A stretch of 62,159 bases of DNA, counting the filler. It is 8 parts of 8 records of this genome, joined end to end, with 100 filler letters (N's around TTAATTAATTAA, not from the genome) between each part and the next. Parts side by side here need not be neighbours in the genome. Positions count along the whole stretch, not along the records: positions 1 to 11,888 come from SRR31156797_37381; positions 11,989 to 17,374 come from SRR31156797_37420; positions 17,475 to 23,120 come from SRR31156797_37442; 5 more parts are not named here. One strand, written 5' to 3'. Position numbers and translations under genes: made by a program. Of the stretch, positions 10,169-19,576 are shown in pieces (position 1 is the first letter of the stretch; every line of letters starts with the position of its first letter). Under the pieces are notes generated by a model. The model saw only the letters and a program-made list of their open reading frames with translations, ran no database searches and was not told the DNA's origin.

Positions 10169-10993
10169 TTATCCTTTATTTCCCTTATAACGGTAATAAT
10201 TATTGTAACCATAACTTTTCGGTGTATCTGCAAAATTCATCACGACGCCTAAAATATTCTTTTTCCCATAGGCATCAATAATATCCTGGACATCCTGCTT
10301 CCGGGTACAGCCCGCCTTAACAACGAGAAGAATACCGTCCACAAGCCTTGCCAGTGCGCGGGATTCCGAAGTAAGGTGCGGTGGAGGCGAGTCGATGATA
10401 ATATACCTGTCCTCATAGCGGGATTTCAACTCATGGACCAGTCTTTTCATCTGCTCTGACGAAAGAAGTTCCGAAGGGTTTTCAGGAGGATATCCCGCCG
10501 GGAGTATGGTTAGCTTATTAATCGGGGTTTTCTGAAAAATTGAAGAAAGAGGTCTTGTTTTAGCAAGATATTCGCTCAAACCCGGCAACGTTTCAAAACC
10601 GAATTTCAAATGAATAGTGGGAGCCCTTAAATCGCTGTCCATTAATAGAACATATTCGTCAAGACTCTGGGCAATGCTCACAGCGAGATTTGCTGCCACG
10701 AAAGATTTACCCTCACCTGGAATTTTACTAGTCACCAAGACAACACGAGGCGGTTTACCGGTCTCTGGAAACAAAATACTGTTCTTTAAAATTCTGAATT
10801 GCTCTGCCTCTACAGAGTGGGGTTTGAGAGCGGAAACAATAATGGGATCAAGATTTTCAATATTGAAAGAATCATGACCACTCACCATTGAGACAGGCTC
10901 GCTATCACCCGGGACAACCTCATCGTTGTTATCGTCCCGAATCAGTGAATCGGTTTCCAATGTCTTTTCAAGAGCCTTAAATATTTTTCCCAA
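10169..10993 (-). CDS. BY-kinase (CpsD/CapB tyrosine autokinase)
   Basis: GEGKS Walker A, DSDLR, IIIDSPP and Tyr-rich C-terminus (YGYNNYYRY). Confidence 0.93.
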   Translation of the reverse strand: MGKIFKALEKTLETDSLIRDDNNDEVVPGDSEPVSMVSGHDSFNIENLDPIIVSALKPHSVEAEQFRILKNSILFPETGKPPRVVLVTSKIPGEGKSFVAANLAVSIAQSLDEYVLLMDSDLRAPTIHLKFGFETLPGLSEYLAKTRPLSSIFQKTPINKLTILPAGYPPENPSELLSSEQMKRLVHELKSRYEDRYIIIDSPPPHLTSESRALARLVDGILLVVKAGCTRKQDVQDIIDAYGKKNILGVVMNFADTPKSYGYNNYYRYKGNKG

Positions 10994-11010
10994 AACGTTT
11001 TCCTTTTTGA

Positions 11011-11888
11011 CTAAACGATCACATGCATCTTTATAAAAGTTAACGTTCTAACAACCCCGATAATATTTAATATACCAAAAAGAGATAATAACATTCCTGC
11101 ATACAAAGAAACGATCAAAAAAGCGGCCAATTCTAATTTCTTCCTCAAGGCATAACCATTTGCTTTGAGCGGAGGAATAAAGGCTAACACAGGTATCCCC
11201 AATTCATTTTCAATGACTTCTTCTTTTCTGATAGGCGGGTTCACAAATTCCAGAAGAAAAATGATGCAACCACTGAGTCCCAAGCCACCAGCGAGAGAAA
11301 GCATAAATAGTTTTTTCATATCGGGCGAAACAGGTTTCTCTGGCAGTCGTGCAGAGTCAAGGACCCGGAACTGCTCACTTTTCTGTTTTTTTTCCATGCT
11401 TACGGCAAGCTCGGCTTCGAGCTTTCTGTCCAGAAGCGAATTATAGGTCTGTTGTATATTATCATAATCCCGCTGCAGAGAAAGTAATTCCTGTTCACGC
11501 TTTGGTGTATCCGCGACAAGTCTCTGATAAGTTTGCATCTTTTTATCTGTTTTTTTTATGCTGCGGGTAATCAGTTTAACCTCTCTCATCAATTGATCGA
11601 GTTGTATCTGCTGCGGCATTGAACGAAGAGTTTCGTCATTGACGGTTGAGTTATCACTGATCTCGGTTTCAGATCCGGCCACTGCATTGGGTTCCTGATT
11701 TTTTCCGGGTATTACGATATTTTTTTCCGCTTTTTCTCTTAATTTGTCAATGTTTTTTTTCATTTTTACGACATCAGGATGATTGTCGGTATAAGTAAGC
11801 AGCATGCGATTAAGTTCCTGTTCCGCTTGATCAATTGTCATCTCACTGGTTTGAGGCAATATAGCTGCAACGGTAGAAGCATGATTGA
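11011..11888 (-). CDS. Polysaccharide chain-length determinant (GumC/Wzc-like), 5'-truncated
   Basis: YTDNHPDV, coiled coil, 'FRVLDSARLPEKPVSP' and TM; frame is open to the contig edge. Confidence 0.88.
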
Positions 11889-11988
11889 NNNNNNNNNNNN
11901 NNNNNNNNNNNNNNNNNNNNNNNNNNNNNNNNTTAATTAATTAANNNNNNNNNNNNNNNNNNNNNNNNNNNNNNNNNNNNNNNNNNNN
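11889..11988. other. Artificial contig spacer
   Basis: 44 N + TTAATTAATTAA (stops in six frames) + 44 N. Confidence 0.99.
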
Positions 11989-12284
<296 letters not shown>

Positions 12285-12287
12285 AAA

Positions 12288-12440
12288 ATGAAAAGTGATG
12301 TTCTAAACATCATCTTTTCGTTTTACTCTGCGTTGAAGTGAAAATTTTAATGCTCACGTACTTACGTGTATGCTCCGCTTAAAATTTTCACTTCGCCTTG
12401 ACTAAATCTAAAATCTAATACTTCTAACATCACTTTCCTA
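12288..12440. repeat. ~150-bp nested palindromic element (RPE/ERIC-like MITE)
   Basis: Terminal IR AAAGTGATGTT (12292-12302)/AACATCACTTT (12426-12436); perfect 16-bp inner IR 12335-12350/12379-12394; core GCTCACGTAC...GTATGCTCCGC. Confidence 0.75.
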
Positions 12441-12519
12441 TTTTATTACAATTAGTAATGTTTTTAATGGTAAATCTATTTTTTACATATACTTTCTAAA
12501 ATTTGTAAAGGAATATAAA

Positions 12520-12792
12520 ATGAATGAAAATGAATTAAAAAAACTTTGGAATTCAATAGAAGAGATAATTTATTCTCCTACTAAAAAAGATGCTAAACCA
12601 ATATTAAATAAAGTTAACTTAAAAATTAACGAATTAAAACCAAAAATTGAAGACCCCTATTTATTTAATAAATTAAAAGATGTAATAATCTATGCTCAAG
12701 AAGCTTCAGGAAGAGTCAGTAACAAAGAACATTGGAAAAATTGTGCTGAACAGTCATGGTATACATTTGAGTCTAGTATCAAAATCAGGTAA
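12520..12792 (+). CDS. Hypothetical protein
   Basis: 90-aa ORF preceded by AAGGA RBS. Confidence 0.65.
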   Translation: MNENELKKLWNSIEEIIYSPTKKDAKPILNKVNLKINELKPKIEDPYLFNKLKDVIIYAQEASGRVSNKEHWKNCAEQSWYTFESSIKIR

Positions 12793-12897
12793 TAGTATTT
12801 TTAAATGTATTGTAAATATTATTGAATGATATACTTAATAACTTAAAGCAAAATCGATATAATCACTTTTCAAAAAGTTTAATTAGGAAAATAATAT

Positions 12898-13245
12898 ATG
12901 AATGAAACGATAATCTATCCAATTCTTATAATAATAGCTTTCATACTTTATAAAAAATATACTCAATACAAGGTTCTAAAACTTGTGCCATCACTTTTAG
13001 AAGAGGGTGGGCAGATTATTGATGTACGAACAAAAGGTGAATTTACACAAGGCAATAAAGAAGGAAGTATCAATATACCTCTGGACTCTTTAAAAACAAG
13101 AATAGATGAGTTAGATAATAGTAAACCTATAATTGTTTGTTGTGCAAGTGGTAGTAGAAGTGCTTTAGCAAGACGACTATTGATTACAAAAGGCTTTGAA
13201 GATGTATATAATGCTGGCATTTGGAAGTCTCTTCTAAAGTTTTAA
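12898..13245 (+). CDS. Rhodanese-like domain protein
   Basis: IIDVRT, SINIPL and CCASGSRS loop; N-terminal TM. Confidence 0.9.
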   Translation: MNETIIYPILIIIAFILYKKYTQYKVLKLVPSLLEEGGQIIDVRTKGEFTQGNKEGSINIPLDSLKTRIDELDNSKPIIVCCASGSRSALARRLLITKGFEDVYNAGIWKSLLKF

Positions 13246-13255
13246 AAGAGAGGGA

Positions 13256-13867
13256 ATGATGAAACTAATATATGTAATGGATCCAATGTGTGCTTGGTGT
13301 TATGCTTTTACTAAAGAGTTAGAAGAGTTTTTAGAAAAACATCCATCTTTTGAAGTAGAGTATATCATGGGAGGTTTAGCTCCTGACAATGATACACCTA
13401 TGGATGAAAATATGAAAAAAACTATTTCTTCATATTGGGTAGATATAGAAAAGAAAACACAAGTGACTTTTAACCATGATTATTGGAAAGAAAATACACC
13501 TTATCGTTCTACTTATCCAGCTTGTCGAGCTGTAATTGCAGCTGAAACTTTATGGGCTAAAAGCTCTGCCAAGATGGCAAAAGCTATTCAATCAGTTTAT
13601 TACAAAGAAGCTAAGAATCCTTCTTTAAAAGAGATATTAGTACAGTGTGCTATTTCAATTGGATTAGATGAAACAAAGTTTTCTCAAACTTTTGAGTCAA
13701 AGAAGATAGAAGAAAAATTGCAAGAACATTTAAGTATCACTCAGCAATTACAAGTAAGAGGTTTTCCTGCACTTTTTTATATAAATGATAAGAATGAAGC
13801 TTATCCTTTAACTTTAGGATTTACTATAGCTTCAAACTTAGAAAATCAGTTACTGAGGATTTTGTGA
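13256..13867 (+). CDS. DsbA family (DSBA-like thioredoxin) protein
   Basis: DPMCAWCY CxxC motif and VRGFP cis-Pro loop. Confidence 0.88.
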   Translation: MMKLIYVMDPMCAWCYAFTKELEEFLEKHPSFEVEYIMGGLAPDNDTPMDENMKKTISSYWVDIEKKTQVTFNHDYWKENTPYRSTYPACRAVIAAETLWAKSSAKMAKAIQSVYYKEAKNPSLKEILVQCAISIGLDETKFSQTFESKKIEEKLQEHLSITQQLQVRGFPALFYINDKNEAYPLTLGFTIASNLENQLLRIL

Positions 13868-14137
13868 AAAGTCGTGAGTAACTGCAAAGTTGTTTAAGTG
13901 TTCTTCTAGGGCTAACTTATACTCATTTACAAAGTACTCCATTATCTTCTCTTTTTCTGCTAACATTTCTTCTGCATTATCAAATGAAGTACATGTCATA
14001 TACGTAGTAAATCTAGCTGAACCATACATAAGTGAAGCACTTACTTCACCTAGTGTTAATCCTCTTTCTAACTGTTTATTTGCAACTTCAATATGTTCAT
14101 CTGCTCTTTGTAAAAATTCGTTTGTTTTTTCGCTCAT
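13850..14137 (-). CDS. DUF3144-like protein
   Basis: 'FLQRADEHIEVAN...VSASLMYGSARF' pattern. Confidence 0.7.
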   Translation of the reverse strand: MSEKTNEFLQRADEHIEVANKQLERGLTLGEVSASLMYGSARFTTYMTCTSFDNAEEMLAEKEKIMEYFVNEYKLALEEHLNNFAVTHDFSQNPQ

Positions 14138-14282
14138 AAATTTTCCTATTTTTTATTTGAATTATAGTGAAAGAATATTTATAAAAAAGAATTTAGGTAA
14201 AATATTTTTTACCCATAGCTATTGAAGTAACTTTTATTAACTTTTCACTACAATACGAAACTCAAAAATCTAAGGCTAACAA

Positions 14283-14489
14283 ATGGCAAAAAGTCAAAAT
14301 ACTAACAGTGTAAAAAATTCAAAAGTTGATTTAATCAAACTAGGTAGTAACTCTACTCCAAAAGCTTTTTCAAAAGATACAACAGTAAAAGAGCAAGTAG
14401 TAAATGCAAGAAAAGCTTCAAGTCAAAATAAAGAAAAAGCTAAAAAGAAAGCTAAAATGGCAAAGGCTTCTAGAAAAAAAGCTAGATAA
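14283..14489 (+). CDS. Small basic hypothetical protein
   Basis: 68 aa, Lys-rich C-terminus KKKAKMAKASRKKAR. Confidence 0.6.
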   Translation: MAKSQNTNSVKNSKVDLIKLGSNSTPKAFSKDTTVKEQVVNARKASSQNKEKAKKKAKMAKASRKKAR

Positions 14490-14501
14490 TCAAAAGTCTT
14501 T

Positions 14502-14813
14502 CTAGCCTAAATCTATAGGCATGAAATTTTTTTGAAGTTCTATACTTGTATAAAGTTCATTTTCCTCTTCTAAAACTTTCTTTACCTTTTCTTCAATAGC
14601 AGCAAGAAACTCTTTTTTAGTATTGCAGTTTAACGTATCTACTTCTATAGCATTAGCTTTTTCTTTGATAATTTCTAAACTTTTATTTTCTAAATCACTT
14701 TTTACTTTTAAAGCTAAAATATCTTTTATGCAGTCTTTGTCGTAACCACAATCTTCAATATTAGCTCCAATTTTCTTGGCTTTTTCTTGTAATATTTCAA
14801 AATAAGCATCCAT
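14502..14813 (-). CDS. Hypothetical protein
   Basis: 103-aa ORF with AAGGA RBS on the minus strand. Confidence 0.65.
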   Translation of the reverse strand: MDAYFEILQEKAKKIGANIEDCGYDKDCIKDILALKVKSDLENKSLEIIKEKANAIEVDTLNCNTKKEFLAAIEEKVKKVLEEENELYTSIELQKNFMPIDLG

Positions 14814-14956
14814 AATAGTCCTTTAGAAAGAAGTAATTATAAACCAATAGTATAAAGAGTTTGTAAATAGCAATATAAGTGAATTTTTTAATAAAATTAA
14901 TAAAGCTTTTATTAAATTAGAAAACTCGCTATAATGCCTAAAATACAAGGACATAT

Positions 14957-15382
14957 ATGCCAAAAGGTAAAAAAACAGTTATTAAAGAAATTAAATTATT
15001 AGGGGACAATGAAATCCTAATAAATGGAAGAGAATACATTATTCTTGAAACTACAGAAGACATCGAAACTGCAAAGACAATGAAAGTATCTTCAAATGGA
15101 AATAGAATCCTAAGATTTGAAGATGAAACTAAAAAAGCTAGAATTGATTTAAAAAGGTCAATTGATATTATCAAAATAATTTTCAAAGATGAACAAAGAG
15201 CAAAGAAGTTCTTTAAAACAAAAGACAAAAAACTAATCTTACCAGAAGATACAAAAGAGATTATTGCAACAGCAAATTCATTTATTCAAGCTCGTTCTAT
15301 TGTTTCTGATTATCAAGATAAAAAGAGTAAAAATTATGATAGTCAAATAGGTGTTAATACTTTCTATTTATTTGAAGAGTAG
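14957..15382 (+). CDS. Hypothetical protein
   Basis: 141-aa ORF with AAGGA RBS and TATAAT at 14931-14936 region upstream. Confidence 0.7.
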   Translation: MPKGKKTVIKEIKLLGDNEILINGREYIILETTEDIETAKTMKVSSNGNRILRFEDETKKARIDLKRSIDIIKIIFKDEQRAKKFFKTKDKKLILPEDTKEIIATANSFIQARSIVSDYQDKKSKNYDSQIGVNTFYLFEE

Positions 15383-15476
15383 GTTTTATATCAATTCAAA
15401 TTGCAGTTTGTAATATTTTTAACTATTCACTTTTTTTTCTTATATACTTCATAAAATAAAATAGAGGTTTTACCTT

Positions 15477-15821
15477 ATGAAGGAAAAAATAGTGAATGGA
15501 AATATAGAAGTTACATACAAAATAGTAAATGACAAAGATTTAAATCTAACTCTTAGTTTGCAAGAGCTTTTAAAAAATGAGAAGATAGTAAAAACTATCA
15601 AATCGGAATTTGCAAAAGGCTATAGGAATATTGATATTAAAACTGACCAAGAGTTAAGTGATAAATTTAAATTAGAGACTATAAAAGAGCATCATAGTTT
15701 AGTTGTATCAAAAGATGATTTTGCAGATATTGTAACCTTTGCAGAAGATGATGCTACTACAAAAAAACTTCTAAAAAAAGACTCTTTTGTAGAACTTGTA
15801 GATATAAAGACTATAGAGTAA
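15477..15821 (+). CDS. Hypothetical protein
   Basis: 114-aa ORF with GAGG RBS and AT-rich codon use like its neighbours. Confidence 0.65.
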   Translation: MKEKIVNGNIEVTYKIVNDKDLNLTLSLQELLKNEKIVKTIKSEFAKGYRNIDIKTDQELSDKFKLETIKEHHSLVVSKDDFADIVTFAEDDATTKKLLKKDSFVELVDIKTIE

Positions 15822-15849
15822 AATTAAAAAAATACCTAGGAGTATATTG

Positions 15850-16110
15850 ATGTCTTATTTTGTATATATCTTAGAGTGTAGTGATAAGAGCTTATATACA
15901 GGTATTACAACTGATGTAAAAAAGCGTTTAGATGAACATAACACTTCAGAAAAAGGTGCAAAATATACAAAAGCTAGACGCCCAGTAACACTTATATATT
16001 TTGAAAAATCTGAAAATAGAAGTAGTGCTTCAAAAAGAGAATATGAAATAAAAAAACTATCACGAACAAGAAAGCTACAACTAGTAGAGAAATTTAAAGT
16101 AAACAATTAG
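15850..16110 (+). CDS. GIY-YIG nuclease (UPF0213/YhbQ-like)
   Basis: YFVYIL...LYTGIT, RLDEHN, GAKYT and REYEIK motifs. Confidence 0.92.
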   Translation: MSYFVYILECSDKSLYTGITTDVKKRLDEHNTSEKGAKYTKARRPVTLIYFEKSENRSSASKREYEIKKLSRTRKLQLVEKFKVNN

Positions 16111-16120
16111 GGAATCATTA

Positions 16121-16702
16121 GTGAATAATACAGATAATAACTCTACTAAACTATTAGCCTTAAATAAGCCAAAAGGTTATGTCGTAACAAGGTCAGATGA
16201 ACGTGGAAGAAAAACTGTTTATGATTTACTTCCTTCTTTAGTATTTGAAAATGAGTGGATGCCAATAGGTCGTCTTGATTTAGAGTCTAAAGGTTTACTT
16301 CTATTTACTCAAGATGGAAAAGTAGGAAATGCTCTAACTAAACCTGGAAATTGCAATAAAATATACGAAATCTGGGTAAGAGGTCATGTAACAGATGAGC
16401 ATATTTTAACTGCTAAAAAGGGTGTTGATAGTAAATATGGTTTACTAAAAGCCTTAAAAGTAGAGAAAATAGGTTCAGGTGGAGCAAAAACAAAATTAAG
16501 AGTGCAGATAGATGAGGGTAAAAATCGTCACATAAGACGTCTTTTTGGAAGTTTAAAAGACCCAAAGTTTGGAACACCTCTTAAAGTACTAAACCTAACT
16601 AGAGTATCAATTGGAAGTTTTAATCTAGATTTAGAGAGTGGAAAGTGGCGTTATCTAAGTCTTGAGGAAGAAAAGAACCTATTGGATAAACTCTCGTATT
16701 AG
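16121..16702 (+). CDS. Pseudouridine synthase (RsuA/RluE family)
   Basis: LNKPKGYV, GRLD catalytic motif and EGKNRHIRR. Confidence 0.92.
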   Translation: MNNTDNNSTKLLALNKPKGYVVTRSDERGRKTVYDLLPSLVFENEWMPIGRLDLESKGLLLFTQDGKVGNALTKPGNCNKIYEIWVRGHVTDEHILTAKKGVDSKYGLLKALKVEKIGSGGAKTKLRVQIDEGKNRHIRRLFGSLKDPKFGTPLKVLNLTRVSIGSFNLDLESGKWRYLSLEEEKNLLDKLSY

Positions 16703-16762
16703 CTGTTCTTAACGACTTTTTTTATACAATCACAACAACGAAACACACTAAGGAAATTGACT

Positions 16763-17374
16763 ATGAATTTAATGGTATTTGGTGCACCTGGTGCAGGAAA
16801 AGGTACACAAGCTAAATTTTTAATTGAAAAGTATGATATCCCACAAATCTCTACAGGTGATATTTTAAGAGCAGCAATCGCTGATAAAACTGAAATGGGT
16901 ATGGAAGCTAAGAAGTTTATGGATGAGGGGAAATTAGTTCCTGATTCAACAATCATTGGTATTATCAAAGATAGACTTGCAGAAGAAGACTGTAAAAAAG
17001 GTTTCATTCTTGATGGTTTCCCAAGAACTTTAGCTCAAGCAGAAGCTTTAAAGGAGTTAATGGCAAACATGAATATCTCTTTAGATAAAGTTATTTCATT
17101 AAACGTTCCAGATGAGCTAATTGTAGGAAGAATCACTGGAAGAAGAGTTTGCCCAGACTGTGGAGCTTCATTCCACGTTGACTTTAACCCATCAAAAGAA
17201 GAGGGTAAATGTGACTACTGTGGTGGAGAATTAGTTATCAGAAAAGATGACAATGCTGAAACTGTAAAAAGTAGACTTGGTGCATACCATGAGCAAACTG
17301 CACCACTAATCAAATTCTATACTGACATGGGTGTTATGGTAGAACTTGATGGTACAAAAGATGTATCAGAAGTA
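16763..17374 (+). CDS. adk: Adenylate kinase, 3'-truncated
   Basis: GAPGAGKGT, GFILDGFPRT and Cys4 zinc LID (CPDC...CDYC). Confidence 0.96.
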
Positions 17375-17474
17375 NNNNNNNNNNNNNNNNNNNNNNNNNN
17401 NNNNNNNNNNNNNNNNNNTTAATTAATTAANNNNNNNNNNNNNNNNNNNNNNNNNNNNNNNNNNNNNNNNNNNN
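17375..17474. other. Artificial contig spacer
   Basis: N run with TTAATTAATTAA. Confidence 0.99.
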
Positions 17475-18424
17475 TGCCGGGAATGGACGGATATGAGGTC
17501 TGCAAAAAAATCAAACAGGATGAAAAGACAAAACATGTGCTGATATTATTTGTAACAAGCCTGACCGAGGCCGTTGATGAGACCCGGGGATTTGAATTGG
17601 GAGCTGTCGATTACATTACCAAACCGTTCAACTTATCCGTCATCCGGGCCAGGATAAAAACCCACCTTGAACTTGCTTACGCTAGAAAAAAACTTGAAAG
17701 GCAAAACGAAATATTGCGGGAAAATCTTATGTTGCGGGAACAGGTTGAGCAAATCACCAGGCACGATCTGAGAAACCCGCTTCAGGTTATAATGGGGACG
17801 GCTGAAATGCTTGCTATGGATATGCCCCTTGAAAAAAATGGAATGAGCGAAATGATTCAAAACCAGGTAAAATCATGCGATACCATTTTAAACATGATAA
17901 ACCGTTCATTGAACCTTTATAAATTGGAAAACGGGTCCTACATTTTTGATGCCGGGCGAACCGATATCTTACCTGTGCTGGATCGGATTCTGTTTGGCCG
18001 GAATGACCTCATTGAATCCATGGACCTGAATGTGAAAGTGAGAATAAATGGGCATTCCAGAAGAACCGGTGACAGATTTGAGCTTTTCTGTGACGAACTG
18101 CTTTTTTACTCAATGATGAGCAATCTGATCAACAACGCCATGGAAGCATCCCCCAGGGGGGGATACGTTGGAATTTTCCTTGATAAAAATCCCAACGTGA
18201 CAATCACCATAGAAAACCAGGGGACGGTCATTCCTCATATCCGGGAGCGGTTCTTTGAAAAATTTGTGACCGCCGGTAAAGAAAATGGAACCGGATTAGG
18301 CACATATTCCGCCCGTCTGATGGCTGAAATACATGGCGCCGGCATACATCTTTTTACATCTGACGAAAAAAATATAACAACGGTGACCATCAAATGGGGG
18401 AAAAAAACAGAACAGAGTCATTAA
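17475..18424 (+). CDS. Hybrid response regulator/histidine kinase, 5'-truncated
   Basis: Receiver remnant (MDGYEVC...DYITKPF), H-box HDLRNPL, N-box and GTGLG. Confidence 0.9.
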
Positions 18425-18438
18425 CCGGCCCCGGATTA

Positions 18439-18478
18439 ATAATTCCGCCCCCGGCACGGTTACCGGGGGCGGAATTAT
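18439..18478. terminator. Strong hairpin between convergent genes
   Basis: ATAATTCCGCCCCCGG / CCGGGGGCGGAATTAT 16-bp inverted repeat. Confidence 0.8.
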
Positions 18479-18511
18479 GCACTTCAGGCAGCCCCACCGC
18501 TGCCATACCGT

Positions 18512-19549
18512 TTACAGGTATTCCATGCCTTCGCCCTCTTTGACCGTGCCGATCTTGAAGGCTTTTTCGCCGGTGCTTTCCACGGTTGCGATGATGGCGT
18601 CGGCCTGGGAGGGATCGGCGATAAGGACGAAACCGATGCCCATGTTGAAGGTTTTGTACATTTCAGCGGTTTCGATCTCTCCCAGGTTCTGAATCAGGGG
18701 AAAGAGCTTGTTCATTTCCCAGCTGTCCAGCTGAATAGTAGCCCCCAGGCCCTTGGGAAGAACCCGTGGGATATTTTCAGTGAACCCGCCGCCCGTGACG
18801 TGGACCATGCCGTTGACCGTGTGATTGGCCAAGATCTCCAGCACCTCTTTGACATAGATCTTTGTGGGGCAAAGCAGCGCTTCCCCCAGGGTCATGCCGA
18901 GCTCTTCAATGGGTCGGTCTATTTTGTAGTCAAGGATATCGAAGAACAGTTTCCTCACAAGGGAATACCCATTGGAGTGAATGCCCGTTGAGGGAAGGCC
19001 TATGAGAACATCACCGGATTTGATCTTGCTGCCGTCGATGATCTTCTCTTTCTCAACGATGCCCACGGTGAAACCGGCGATGTCGTATTCGTTCTCCTCG
19101 TAGAAGCCCGGCATCTCAGCGGTTTCCCCGCCGATGAGGGAGGCGCCGGCCTGCTTGCAGCCGTCGGCGATCCCTTTCACGATGTCGGCGGCCTTATCCG
19201 CGCTGAGTTTTCCCGTGGCGATGTAATCGAGAAAGAAAAGCGGTTTGGCCCCCTGGACAAGGATGTCGTTGACGCACATGGCCACAAGATCGATACCGGC
19301 GGAGTCATGCTTGTCCGTCATAAAGGCGATTTTCAGCTTTGTTCCCACTCCGTCGGTGCCGGAGACAAGGACGGGTTTTTTATAGCCTTCAAGATCCAGT
19401 TCAAAAAGCCCGCCGAATCCGCCGAGGCCGCCCAGGACACCTTTGGTGAATGTCTCCTTGACGTACTCTTTCATTTTCTCAACGGCGGCGGCGCCCTCGT
19501 CTATATCAACGCCGGCATCGGCGTATGTCAGTTTTTTACTTTCGCTCAT
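18512..19549 (-). CDS. purM: AIR synthetase
   Basis: [22 protein letters not shown] and HSNGYSL motifs. Confidence 0.97.
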   Translation of the reverse strand: MSESKKLTYADAGVDIDEGAAAVEKMKEYVKETFTKGVLGGLGGFGGLFELDLEGYKKPVLVSGTDGVGTKLKIAFMTDKHDSAGIDLVAMCVNDILVQGAKPLFFLDYIATGKLSADKAADIVKGIADGCKQAGASLIGGETAEMPGFYEENEYDIAGFTVGIVEKEKIIDGSKIKSGDVLIGLPSTGIHSNGYSLVRKLFFDILDYKIDRPIEELGMTLGEALLCPTKIYVKEVLEILANHTVNGMVHVTGGGFTENIPRVLPKGLGATIQLDSWEMNKLFPLIQNLGEIETAEMYKTFNMGIGFVLIADPSQADAIIATVESTGEKAFKIGTVKEGEGMEYL

Positions 19550-19576
19550 TTTATTTATCCCCTTGAGGTACCCGGC

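Noticed and set aside
15850-16110. GIY-YIG nuclease as a possible homing or mobile endonuclease
   Set aside because: Size and motifs fit the common stand-alone UPF0213 family, with no intron or element context.
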